From positions 1 through 34,794 of IMG/VR virus record IMGVR_UViG_3300024249_000020: DNA of 34,794 bases; one strand, given 5' to 3'. Positions 1 to 8,396 of this stretch are shown piece after piece. The DNA is from a virus. Taxonomy: Duplodnaviria > Caudoviricetes. The translations under genes and the position numbers were made by a program. The notes under the pieces are model-generated. The model was not told the DNA's origin and did no database searches. It saw only the letters and a program-made list of their open reading frames with translations. Each line of letters starts with the position of its first letter. The first letter of the stretch is position 1.

Positions 1-2
1 GC

Positions 3-2024
3 TGGACCCGGCTGTCCAACCCCGGCACCGCACCAGCCGGCACCACGTCGATCCGGATGACGGTGAAGGTGCCGTTGCTGCCGCGCGGCGAGTTCCACTA
101 CGTCGACTCCGCGATGCTCGAGGGCGGCAACACCCTCGGCGGCTACTTCGACGGGTCGTTCGGCGACAGCCCGTCGCTGACGTACGAGTGGAACGGCCCG
201 GCACACGGGGCCAGCAGCACCGAGCGGACGTTCTCCGTCGGCGGCACCCTGCCGAACCCGGAGACCAAGACACCGAACACGCTCATCAGCGACGGCTCGA
301 CCGGGCACGAGAACAAGTACAACTTCGGCTTCTTCTACACCTTCGCCAACGAGGTCGGTGAGTCCGCACCGTCCGCGATCACCACGATCCACGCGCAGCG
401 CGGCTGGTCCCAGTGGCGCTGGGAGACACCGAACGCAGCCGGTGAGCCGTCCGGCACCGCGACCGCCGACCCGGACCAGTGCTGCGACCAGCTGGTCGCC
501 AGCATGCCGTCGGACGTGTTCGTCAACGCGATGGCCGCCGGCGCCACCCAATGGAACCTGTACATGCTGCAGTGGAACGACCAGTCACCGATCCCGGTGA
601 TGGCGCTGCGGGTGGACTCCCGCGAGCTGAAGGCGTCATCCACCCTCGGCCCGGACGGCTGGCTACGGATGAGCCCGTCCCAGTCCGAGGCGGGCAACGA
701 GGCGATGATGGTCCCCACCAAGGAGACCCGCATCAACTACTCCGACCCGTCGCGCGGTGGTCAGGGACTGGTCGCCGCCGACCGCATGGTGATCGTCAAG
801 GACGCCACCAACCCGGCGGTGATCCGGTGGACGTCGAACCAGCAGGGCTCCTACACCGACTTCTCGGCCAGCCGCGGCGGCGGCATCAAGACGCTCACCT
901 CGGGCAACCTGAACATGGCGGCAGCGGTGAAGCTGTGGCAGAACCCGCAGTCCACCGACACCCTGACTATCCTGTGCCGGGGCGTCGACGGCTACAACAC
1001 CTGCTACTACATGGCGCCGGCGCAGGTCGCCAGCCAGTCCGAGGCCGTCAACGTGATGGGCTTCGAGGAGACCACCGCCACACCGGGCACCACGTCGCCG
1101 TACGGCTGCGAGGTCTTCAACAACGGGCTGTACCACCCGCTCGACGACCAGCTGATGAAGTCCACGGCGACCATGTACAACATCAACCACAAGTCGCAGA
1201 CCGACCTGATCGACAACATGTGGCAGGGCCTGACCCACAAGGAGTGGATCGTGTCCTCGGTCCACGACCTACGGCTGTACTACCTGGTGAACAACCCGAA
1301 CGGTGAGCCGCTCGAGCCGGGCTGCAACGGCAACGAGATATGGGTGCTGGACGGCAGCGCCCCCTCCGATACCGGTGGCGGCTCCTGGTCCAGGTGGCTG
1401 GTCCAGGCCGCCAGCCTGCGGAAGGTCGAGCAGGGTGGACTGATCCACATGTCGATCTCCCGTCCCGACGGGATGTACTACTTCGACGAGCTCTACGGCT
1501 ACGACGACTACGTGGATGCGAGCAACAACGTCCTGCAGCGCGCGATTCCGTGGAAGCTCGAGACCAACACCCAGGGCGCCAACCGCGCCCACGACGCCTG
1601 GTGCCACCTGCAGCAGGTGTCGATCAGCGTCGGGAACTTCACCGGATCCATGCGCTACGGCATCAGGTCCTGGGATCTCAACGGACGAGCCGTCGAGGTC
1701 GCGAAGAACCTCTACGACTTCAGCGATCCCGGCGACCTGTTCTACGACCTCGAGGACTTCCTGAAGATCCAGCGCGACCTGAAGGAGTGGTTCTTCTTCG
1801 CCGAGTCCATCACCGACGACACCGGTGTGGTGAAGCCGTCGTTCGGCCAGCTGTCCCTGATCCAGTACCGGTACGCCCCGATCAGTGTGAACGTCGGCTA
1901 CGAGTACGGAGCGATCGAGACGTTCGAGTACCAGCGTGCGGACTACGCCGGCGCGAACGGCACCACAGACCCGTACACCACGAACGGGACACCCAACCCC
2001 TTCATCGACACCAGGAGACCGTGA
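3..2024 (+). CDS. Virion structural protein, probably podovirus tail tube/nozzle-like; 5'-truncated
   Basis: The frame is open from nt 3 (WTRLSNPGTAPAG...) through track ORF 57..2024. The sequence is beta-rich with many W/Y/G residues and segments such as ADRMVIVKD..VIRWTS and GCEVFNNGLYH. The nozzle assignment is inferred from composition and context only. Confidence 0.55.
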   Translation, partial: WTRLSNPGTAPAGTTSIRMTVKVPLLPRGEFHYVDSAMLEGGNTLGGYFDGSFGDSPSLTYEWNGPAHGASSTERTFSVGGTLPNPETKTPNTLISDGSTGHENKYNFGFFYTFANEVGESAPSAITTIHAQRGWSQWRWETPNAAGEPSGTATADPDQCCDQLVASMPSDVFVNAMAAGATQWNLYMLQWNDQSPIPVMALRVDSRELKASSTLGPDGWLRMSPSQSEAGNEAMMVPTKETRINYSDPSRGGQGLVAADRMVIVKDATNPAVIRWTSNQQGSYTDFSASRGGGIKTLTSGNLNMAAAVKLWQNPQSTDTLTILCRGVDGYNTCYYMAPAQVASQSEAVNVMGFEETTATPGTTSPYGCEVFNNGLYHPLDDQLMKSTATMYNINHKSQTDLIDNMWQGLTHKEWIVSSVHDLRLYYLVNNPNGEPLEPGCNGNEIWVLDGSAPSDTGGGSWSRWLVQAASLRKVEQGGLIHMSISRPDGMYYFDELYGYDDYVDASNNVLQRAIPWKLETNTQGANRAHDAWCHLQQVSISVGNFTGSMRYGIRSWDLNGRAVEVAKNLYDFSDPGDLFYDLEDFLKIQRDLKEWFFFAESITDDTGVVKPSFGQLSLIQYRYAPISVNVGYEYGAIETFEYQRADYAGANGTTDPYTTNGTPNPFIDTRRP

Positions 2025-2278
2025 TGGCCAAGCTCGACGCCGAACACCGCAACAAGCTGAAGAAGGGATCGTTCGCGCTTCAGGGCAAGCGCAAGTACCC
2101 GATCCACGACAAGGCGCACGCCAAGGCCGCGCTGTCGATGTCGGCCCGCAAGGACACCGAGGGCGAGGCCAGCACCGTCCGCAAGAAGGTGCTGGCCAAG
2201 TACCCCGGCCTCAAGAAGAAGCCGGGTCAGGACGGCAAGCGCAAGTCGAAGCTGCAGCCCTTCACCAAGAAGGACTAG
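2024..2278 (+). CDS. Small basic protein, 84 aa (DUF6582-like RKYPIHDKAHA motif)
   Basis: ATG overlaps the upstream stop (TGATG). MAKLDAEHRNKLKKGSFALQGKRKYPIHDKAHAKAALS... is Lys-rich. It is the true 3' part of track ORF 1340..2278. The family name is from recollection. Confidence 0.7.
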   Translation: MAKLDAEHRNKLKKGSFALQGKRKYPIHDKAHAKAALSMSARKDTEGEASTVRKKVLAKYPGLKKKPGQDGKRKSKLQPFTKKD

Positions 2279-2355
2279 CGCCCCCGCCCGCGTACCACCA
2301 TCACGACCAGGAACGCGACGACGGCCAGCACCAGGATCCAGCCGATCGCGCCCAT
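2275..2355 (-). CDS. 26-aa single-pass membrane peptide (lysis accessory candidate)
   Basis: Hand translation: MGAIGWILVLAVVAFLVVMVVRGRGR*. Coupled by TGATG to the upstream membrane gene. One hydrophobic helix with a basic tail. Not in the ORF track. Confidence 0.65.
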   Translation of the reverse strand: MGAIGWILVLAVVAFLVVMVVRGRGR

Positions 2356-2510
2356 CAGTTCAGCGCCTTCGCCGCATGGATGGTGAGCACCAGCACCCAG
2401 CAGAACAGCCCGGCTGCGATCAGGTTCAGCCGCGGATGGCTGACTCCGAGCGCAGCGGCTGCGAAGAAGATGCAGGCCAGCAGGAACAGGATGAAGTAGA
2501 ACAGGTCCAT
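2355..2510 (-). CDS. 51-aa two-TM membrane protein, holin candidate
   Basis: Hand translation: MDLFYFILFLLACIFFAAAALGVSHPRLNLIAAGLFCWVLVLTIHAAKALN*. Starts 1 nt after the M23 peptidase stop. Not in the ORF track. Confidence 0.7.
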   Translation of the reverse strand: MDLFYFILFLLACIFFAAAALGVSHPRLNLIAAGLFCWVLVLTIHAAKALN

Positions 2511-2511
2511 G

Positions 2512-2913
2512 TCAGTCCTGACGGTTGAAGACGGGCTTCCGGTGGTCCCAGTACCCGTACGGCGACTTCCGCTCCTCGTAGTGCAGGTGCGGCCCGGTCG
2601 AGTTCCCGGAGTTCCCCGAGTACCCGATGATCTGACCCTTCTTGATCCGCTGCCCCTGCTTCACCTTGATCGAGCTTAGGTGGCAGTAGCCGATCCGGAT
2701 GCCGGTCGACTTGTTGACCAGCACCACATGAGTCCCGTAGCTGGAGCCCCAGGCGTTGTAGGTGGAGACCACCCAGCCCGCCTTGGACGCGCGTACCGGG
2801 ACGCCGGTCTTGCCACGCGTGGAGTAGTCGTCCCCGGTGTGGTAGCCCGCGGCCCACTTGCCTGGCTTCCCGTACGGCGTGGTGATGACGTACGGCGGGA
2901 TCGGGTTACCCAT
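2512..2913 (-). CDS. M23 (LytM/lysostaphin-type) peptidase, putative endolysin
   Basis: HxxxD (YHTGDD) and HxH (GPHLHYE) zinc ligands, YCHLS, and GQIIGYSGNSGNSTG, all typical of Peptidase_M23. Confidence 0.92.
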   Translation of the reverse strand: MGNPIPPYVITTPYGKPGKWAAGYHTGDDYSTRGKTGVPVRASKAGWVVSTYNAWGSSYGTHVVLVNKSTGIRIGYCHLSSIKVKQGQRIKKGQIIGYSGNSGNSTGPHLHYEERKSPYGYWDHRKPVFNRQD

Positions 2914-3133
2914 CGACCCGCTCCGGCCAGTGCCAGGTGCCGCCCTTGTGGTCGTCCTCCGACTGCCGGATCTGCCGGTCGAAGAACAGTCCCGTCGGAT
3001 TCAGCACCGCGATCCCGATGTCGTTCGGGTTGATCTCGGTGACGATCGCGGCCCGGCACTCGGAGGCGAACTCGCCACCGGCTGAGCCGTAGCTGACGTA
3101 GTGGACGATCCGTCCGACGCTCGGCTCACTCAC
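2906..3133 (-). CDS. Conserved small phage protein (PSVGRIVHY...WHWPER type), 75 aa
   Basis: Likely GTG start at 3133, overlapping the upstream ORF end. The pattern GRIVHYV..CRAAIVTE..LNPTGLFF..GTWHWPER is familiar from phage hypothetical proteins. Confidence 0.7.
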   Translation of the reverse strand: MSEPSVGRIVHYVSYGSAGGEFASECRAAIVTEINPNDIGIAVLNPTGLFFDRQIRQSEDDHKGGTWHWPERVDG

Positions 3134-3239
3134 TGGCCGGCTCCGTGAAGATCTCGCCCTCTTCCTCGGAGGCGTCGTCGTCCGGGTCATCCAGCTCGGG
3201 GTCGTAGTCGGGGTTCGGCTCGGCGGCAGGCGTGGTCAT
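3126..3239 (-). CDS. 37-aa highly acidic peptide
   Basis: Hand translation: MTTPAAEPNPDYDPELDDPDDDASEEEGEIFTEPASE*. GC3-rich codons. ATG lies 6 nt downstream of a TAGCGT -10-like hexamer (leaderless geometry). Confidence 0.6.
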   Translation of the reverse strand: MTTPAAEPNPDYDPELDDPDDDASEEEGEIFTEPASE

Positions 3240-3245
3240 GGGGCC

Positions 3246-3255
3246 ACGCTACCGC
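3246..3255 (-). promoter_or_regulatory. Putative -10 element (GCGG-TAGCGT) for a leaderless lysis-cassette transcript
   Basis: The minus strand reads GCGGTAGCGT-ggcccc-ATG. TANNNT with a 6-nt spacer to ATG matches actinobacterial leaderless promoters. Confidence 0.45.
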
Positions 3256-3262
3256 CCTCGGC

Positions 3263-3502
3263 GCCCGAGATGTAGACACCGGTGTAGACACCCCGTAGAC
3301 ACCCCCTCGTGTCTACGCATAACCGCAGGTCAGAGGCATGTAGACACCGTAGACACCAGAAAAGGGCAAAGTTTCTGAGGGATACACTCAAATACTTTTG
3401 CCTTTTCTGGTGTCTACGGTGTCTACATGCCTCTGACCTGGGCAAACACGTAGACACCCCCGGTGTCTACAGGGGTGTCTACAGGGGTGTCTACACGTCG
3501 GG
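3263..3502. repeat. Dyad-symmetric array of 12 GTAGACAC/GTGTCTAC octamers containing a perfect 40-bp inverted repeat
   Basis: Octamers at 3272>, 3284>, 3295>, 3309<, 3340>, 3349>, 3410<, 3419<, 3450>, 3463<, 3475<, 3487<. 3326-3365 is the exact reverse complement of 3401-3440. Confidence 0.97.
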
Positions 3503-3521
3503 GCCGCCGCCGGTCCGCCGC

Positions 3522-3530
3522 TGATACTGT
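3522..3530 (+). promoter_or_regulatory. Putative extended -10 (TGaTACTGT) for the rightward assembly/packaging operon
   Basis: TGn-TANNNT 36 nt upstream of the ATG at 3567, which has an AGGA RBS. Confidence 0.4.
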
Positions 3531-3566
3531 TCGTCGCATCGGCTTCCCGACCTACCTAGGAATGAC

Positions 3567-4322
3567 ATGAGCCAGACAGACAAGGGCCGGTACTACCAGG
3601 CTCTCAAGGCAGCGGGCGTGCCCTTCGAGAAGCACTACCGCGAGTACACCACCGAGGGCCTGCGCGAAGCGTGGCTCAAGCTCAACGACGGAGTCGACCT
3701 CGAGCCGGCGCCACCGCCGCCACCTCGGATCACCCAGGACGAGCCGCAGCCCGACCCCTCGTTCTTCGGGTTCGACCCGCCCGCCCCAGAGCGGACCCAG
3801 AACATCGAGGTCCGGCATGCCGATCCCGACGAGATGGCCGGACAGCGGCAGAACAGCCAGCCCGAGGACGAGCCCATCCGGATCGACCCCGAGACCGGGC
3901 GCGCCTGGTTCCAGGAGGAGATCCTGAAGCCCGCCTACCCGAAGCCACGCGGACGCCGGGTGCTGACCTACCTGGAGACCGGCACCAAGCAGCAGCGGGT
4001 CCAGGCGGGTCAGTACGTCGAGACCTTTGAGGTCGCAGGCGACGGTCCGCCTCGGACAGCCGAGGTCAAGATCACGCTGCCGTCCTACCAGGTCGGCGTC
4101 TACAAGGATCCCCGCTTCCCCTTCAAGGTCCACACCTACAACGGCCTCGAGGGCTTCGACCTCTACGAGGTCCGCGACTACTACGGCGGCGGCGAGCTCG
4201 TGCCCGCCGAGTGCAAGCTGGTCTACGTCGAGAACGTGCTGTGCTACGACATCAGGTCCGTGATCCGGACCATCGAGACCGAGTACCGTCAGCTGATGCT
4301 GACCGGAAGGGTGCCCGAATGA
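3567..4322 (+). CDS. Hypothetical phage protein, 251 aa
   Basis: AGGA RBS, strong GC3 bias, first gene of a translationally coupled operon. Confidence 0.85.
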   Translation: MSQTDKGRYYQALKAAGVPFEKHYREYTTEGLREAWLKLNDGVDLEPAPPPPPRITQDEPQPDPSFFGFDPPAPERTQNIEVRHADPDEMAGQRQNSQPEDEPIRIDPETGRAWFQEEILKPAYPKPRGRRVLTYLETGTKQQRVQAGQYVETFEVAGDGPPRTAEVKITLPSYQVGVYKDPRFPFKVHTYNGLEGFDLYEVRDYYGGGELVPAECKLVYVENVLCYDIRSVIRTIETEYRQLMLTGRVPE

Positions 4323-4924
4323 GCGACGACATCGTCCCCGGCGAGATCATCGAGACCATCGAGTTCTCACCCCAGGACAAGGTCGACATGGCCTCGCTCG
4401 GTGTCACGCCACCCGAGGAGGACACCACCTACCACACCATCCTCGAAGCGTGGCGCGAGGTGCTGAGACCAGCCGCTGCCGAGGCGACCAAGAAGGTCAC
4501 CCCGCAGTGGGCGAACCGGATGATCGCCACCTACATGGGGCTGACGTACGCGGACATGAACGACTTCCGCGACCTCTACTACGCCCGCATCGAGCAGATG
4601 CTGAACATCCTGCGGCTCGAGATCACCTCCGACCCCGACTGCCTGACCAAGATCGACGCGACCGAGGACCAGGCGGAGAACGCCCACCACTACAAGAACC
4701 TGCTGATGAACTGGCAGCTGGCGATCCTCGAGTGGGAGATCGAGTGGGACTGCACCAACGGTGACGCCGCCATCGAGATCGCCGTCATCTCCGAGATCCA
4801 CAAGATGTTCCTGGCCGAACAGGGCCTGGTGCAGTGGCTCGAGCAGATCAAGTTCGAGTTCACCGAAGCAGACCAGGCCACCCTGGTCGAGACCTTGATG
4901 GAGTTCCGAGGGGAGGAGCAGTGA
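4319..4924 (+). CDS. Hypothetical acidic helical protein, 201 aa
   Basis: ATGA overlap with the upstream stop and a GGAAGG RBS. Starts MSDDIVPG. Confidence 0.85.
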   Translation: MSDDIVPGEIIETIEFSPQDKVDMASLGVTPPEEDTTYHTILEAWREVLRPAAAEATKKVTPQWANRMIATYMGLTYADMNDFRDLYYARIEQMLNILRLEITSDPDCLTKIDATEDQAENAHHYKNLLMNWQLAILEWEIEWDCTNGDAAIEIAVISEIHKMFLAEQGLVQWLEQIKFEFTEADQATLVETLMEFRGEEQ

Positions 4925-5985
4925 GTGAGCAAGGAACTGAGACCGCACCTGAGGTGGTGGAGATTCCGGTCCACGGTGACGCTGCGTTCTCGGCGCTCAT
5001 GGATGCGCTGGCGCCGGATGAGACTGACCCGCCGGCTGCACCGGGAGCAGCGGCACCTGACGGTGCTGCGGCTCCAGCTCCAGGTACAGGAGCAGACGGT
5101 GCAGGCGCTGGAGCAGGCGCTCCACCCGCAGCAGGTGGTGGTGCTGCCACCACCGGACCCGACACCGGCGGGGCTGGCGGAGCTGATAGCGGCACAGCCG
5201 CTGCCACCGGAGCCGGAGCCGACACCGGAGCCGGAGCTGGAACCGATGCCGGACCCCCGCCTGGAGATCGCCCAGAGACTTGGACTACCCCAGCAGCGGA
5301 GCTGATCCCCAAATTGGGGGAGATGAGCACCGCGCTCGAGGAGCGCACCGCTCAGGCGTACCAGGCTGCCGCACTCGAAGAGGTGCAGACCGAGCACGCC
5401 CAGTACTTCGAGGCGCTCAACAAGCATCCGCGGTTGATGGTCGGCATGCAGGTTCCCGTCCTGGACGGTGAAGGCATGGAGACGTTGCGCGACGTCAACG
5501 ACGCCCGCGAGTGGCAGGACGCCGTCAAGACGCTCCTGGTCGAGGAGATCAAGGACCGTGCCACAGCCTCGATGGAGGAGAACAAGGACTTCCTCGAGAC
5601 CATCCACGCCTCGATCGAGCTGTTCCAGAAGAACCCGGACCTGGTGCCCGGTACTGCAGAGTTCGATGTCACCCTCGCCAACCGGTTCGCGGACCTGGCC
5701 ACGCCGTACGAGCTGCGCGTCGAGGGCAAGCTGCAGGGCTACTCCATCCCCGTGCAGCCGATCATCGAACAGATCCGGGCCCAGTTGGTGGCAGAGCGCG
5801 CTGCTCCCGCTCCGACCACCACGTCAGCCGGTGCAGGGACCTCATCGCCCCCTGCGCCGGCTGTCGTGAAGCCGAAGGCAGACCCGCCCCAGGCTGGCAT
5901 CCAGTCCAAGGCGGGTAGCGGTGAGGCCAAGGAGGACTTCTCGACCTTGTTCGGAACCATCGGGCTTCCCGACCTACAGATCTGA
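4921..5985 (+). CDS. Scaffolding-like protein, 354 aa
   Basis: GTGA overlap and GGAGGAG RBS. Long Ala/Gly/Pro low-complexity N-region, acidic helical core and short C-terminal helix. The scaffold role is inferred from this architecture. Confidence 0.55.
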   Translation: MSEQGTETAPEVVEIPVHGDAAFSALMDALAPDETDPPAAPGAAAPDGAAAPAPGTGADGAGAGAGAPPAAGGGAATTGPDTGGAGGADSGTAAATGAGADTGAGAGTDAGPPPGDRPETWTTPAAELIPKLGEMSTALEERTAQAYQAAALEEVQTEHAQYFEALNKHPRLMVGMQVPVLDGEGMETLRDVNDAREWQDAVKTLLVEEIKDRATASMEENKDFLETIHASIELFQKNPDLVPGTAEFDVTLANRFADLATPYELRVEGKLQGYSIPVQPIIEQIRAQLVAERAAPAPTTTSAGAGTSSPPAPAVVKPKADPPQAGIQSKAGSGEAKEDFSTLFGTIGLPDLQI

Positions 5986-5992
5986 GACAGCC

Positions 5993-6769
5993 ATGCCACG
6001 CCTCCACGCGATGCACGCCTCCTTGCAGTTCACCGACACGACCAAACAGCAGGACGCCGACCTCAAGAGGATCTTCACACGGGCGTCCGACAGAAAGGTC
6101 GCCTGGGTCACCGGCACCGAGACCAACACCCAGGACTTCCGGGACCGGCTCAAGGATGCTGCCGACGCCTACGGCTTCCGGGTGGCGAACCACAAGAGCA
6201 GCGACTCCTGGATCGCTGTGCGCAAGGCGGTCATCACGCCAGGCTCGTGGCACGGGTTCTTCTCCCCGGTGCTGGCGCCCAACGTCGGCGAAGGCAAGCA
6301 CGGCCATCGCGGTGTGCTCGGCGTCAAGTTCGGAATGACCGCCGACGTCGGCACGATCACCGTGCTGACCGCTCACTACCTGCTCCGGGGTAACCCGAAC
6401 GCCTCGGATCCGGCGCGCCGGGTGAACGCCAAGTACAACCTGCAGCTCGCCCGCGAGATCGGGCGGCTGGCCAAGGAGTACGGCAAGGGCCGGAACCTGG
6501 TCTTCTACGGCGGTGACCAGAACATCACCGACCGCACCGAGGACACGTTCATGGGCCAGCCGCTGACCTCGGCGTGGGACGAGCTGAAGAAGTGGGAGTC
6601 CACCGGCCACGGCACCTTCGACGTGATCGCCTCCTACGACCACGACAACCGGGTGGCCGCGGCGTACTGCCGCGCCCTGGACGACAAGGAGTTCCCCCTG
6701 AACACTGACCATTGGCTAGTCGAAGCTGGTTTCGACGTGCAGCCGCTCAAGTCGAAGGGAGGAAAGTGA
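5993..6769 (+). CDS. Endonuclease/exonuclease/phosphatase (EEP, DNase I-like) family protein
   Basis: Ordered motifs GTE, TAHY, GGDQN, FDVI and TDH match the EEP catalytic residues. Confidence 0.8.
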   Translation: MPRLHAMHASLQFTDTTKQQDADLKRIFTRASDRKVAWVTGTETNTQDFRDRLKDAADAYGFRVANHKSSDSWIAVRKAVITPGSWHGFFSPVLAPNVGEGKHGHRGVLGVKFGMTADVGTITVLTAHYLLRGNPNASDPARRVNAKYNLQLAREIGRLAKEYGKGRNLVFYGGDQNITDRTEDTFMGQPLTSAWDELKKWESTGHGTFDVIASYDHDNRVAAAYCRALDDKEFPLNTDHWLVEAGFDVQPLKSKGGK

Positions 6770-6927
6770 TGACACAGAGTGCAGCCGAGTCGTTCCGTAC
6801 CTACGTCGGGATCGACGCCGAGCACATCGACGGCCTCGAGCCCGGTGATGACGAGCCGGACGAGGAGCCCGACGAGGAGCCTGAGGCCAAGAAGGCGCCG
6901 GCCAAGAAGTCCTCGAGCAAGAAGTAG
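6769..6927 (+). CDS. 52-aa protein with acidic middle and basic tail
   Basis: TGATG overlap and GGAGG RBS. MTQSAAESFRTYVGIDAEH...KKSSSKK. Confidence 0.7.
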   Translation: MTQSAAESFRTYVGIDAEHIDGLEPGDDEPDEEPDEEPEAKKAPAKKSSSKK

Positions 6928-6932
6928 CGCGC

Positions 6933-8396
6933 ATGCCCACGTTCCCTGTCCACTACCGGCCTCGCCCGTACCAGCGTGAGGCCCACGAGATGTGGCGCAA
7001 GTACCGCATCTCGGGCGTGGTGTACCCGCGCCAGTCGGGCAAGGACGTGGGCATGAGCATGGAGATGTGCGAGCGCAGGCTCCGCACCCCGAAGACCACC
7101 GGCGTCTACGTGTCGCTGGACAACCCGATGATCCGCGACATCCTCTACGACAAGACCTACTACGACCCGCTGTCCGGCTTCTACATCCAGGCCCTCCAGG
7201 ACAATGTGCCCGCCGAGCTCGTGGACTGGAAGGACACGGTCATGGAGGGCCGGTTCCGGAACAAGAGCCGGCTCAAGATGCAGGGCTACTTCCAGTCCGG
7301 TCGCGACAAGAACGGTGTCGGCACGTCCTTCCAGGACTACGCCTTCACCGAGCTCGCCCTGTTCACCCGCGAGGACCCGATCCCGCGCCTCATCCCGATC
7401 ATCGAGAACCGGGCTGAGGACAAGAAGCTGATGTTCGCCAGCACTCCGCGTGGCAAGCGGAAGAACCCGCTGTGGCAGCTGATGCAGTCGATGAAGGGCA
7501 ACCCCGAGTTCAAGGTCATCATCCGCACCATCGACGACCTGAACCAGATGATGGTCGCCGAAGACCTGGACCCGGTGCTGACCCAGGCCCAGCTCGAGCA
7601 GATCCGCGAGACCTACCACCGCCGGTTCGGCAACGACCGGATGTTCGAACAGGAGTACTACTGCTCGTTCGAGGAGATGGACGCCGCCGCCGTCTACGGC
7701 GAGGCGTACATGGTGATGGTCAACGACCAGCGTGTCCACACCTTCAACCTCAACACCGGTCACCCGGTCTACGTGGTCTTCGACATCGGCGCCTCCGGCA
7801 TGCACTCGGATGCCACGGCGTGGATCGCGTTCCAGTGGATCAACTCCAAGATGTTCCTCTACGACTGCGGTGAGGGACACGGCAAGGCGCTGCCGGAGTA
7901 CGTCGACGTGCTGCGCGAGAAGCCCTGGTTCCACCAGATCGCGCAGATCATCCTGCCGTGGGACGGCGACCACCACGAGAAGGCGGTCAACACCACGCCG
8001 GCGGACATGATGCGCACCAAGTTCCCCGACGTCTCCGTCCTCGCCAAGTCCGGCAAGGTGTGGAAGATCCCCGGCTCCCGCCAGGGGGACTTCGACATCA
8101 TCACCGACATCCAGCAGGCACGGCTGCAGATGTACAACCTGATCGTCCACGAGGGCAACTGCCAGTGGCTCCTCGAGTGCTTCGAGAACTACAAGTACGA
8201 GTTCAACTACAAGCTCCAGATGTGGACCGAGCGACCGCTGCACGACCGGTTCAGCCACATGATGGACGCGTACCGCTACGCGGTGCAGGCTACCAAGGAG
8301 CTCGACTTCTTCGGAGGAAATTTTTTCGAGCAGCCCGGACTCCACAAGGCTGCGATCGACTACGTCGAGGACTGGTCGGGAGTGTGGGCCCGGTGA
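6933..8396 (+). CDS. terL: Terminase large subunit
   Basis: PRPYQ adenine-binding motif, Walker A YPRQSGKD, Walker B-like YAFTE, coupling motif ASTPRG, FEQEYYCSF, RNase H-like nuclease VVFDIG...HMMDAYRY. Confidence 0.93.
   Translation: MPTFPVHYRPRPYQREAHEMWRKYRISGVVYPRQSGKDVGMSMEMCERRLRTPKTTGVYVSLDNPMIRDILYDKTYYDPLSGFYIQALQDNVPAELVDWKDTVMEGRFRNKSRLKMQGYFQSGRDKNGVGTSFQDYAFTELALFTREDPIPRLIPIIENRAEDKKLMFASTPRGKRKNPLWQLMQSMKGNPEFKVIIRTIDDLNQMMVAEDLDPVLTQAQLEQIRETYHRRFGNDRMFEQEYYCSFEEMDAAAVYGEAYMVMVNDQRVHTFNLNTGHPVYVVFDIGASGMHSDATAWIAFQWINSKMFLYDCGEGHGKALPEYVDVLREKPWFHQIAQIILPWDGDHHEKAVNTTPADMMRTKFPDVSVLAKSGKVWKIPGSRQGDFDIITDIQQARLQMYNLIVHEGNCQWLLECFENYKYEFNYKLQMWTERPLHDRFSHMMDAYRYAVQATKELDFFGGNFFEQPGLHKAAIDYVEDWSGVWAR

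Noticed and set aside
3263-3502. CRISPR array, given short repeats and a Cas4-like gene in the genome
   Set aside because: Repeats are 8-10 bp, occur in both orientations and have very short or irregular spacers. There is no cas1/cas2 or effector. The Cas4-like gene sits in the usual nuclease-SSB-PolA replication context.
3236-3524. Mirror-image ORFs 3236..3457(-) and 3309..3524(+), and similar ORFs at 25097-25681
   Set aside because: They are by-products of the palindromic repeats, with no RBS or codon bias.
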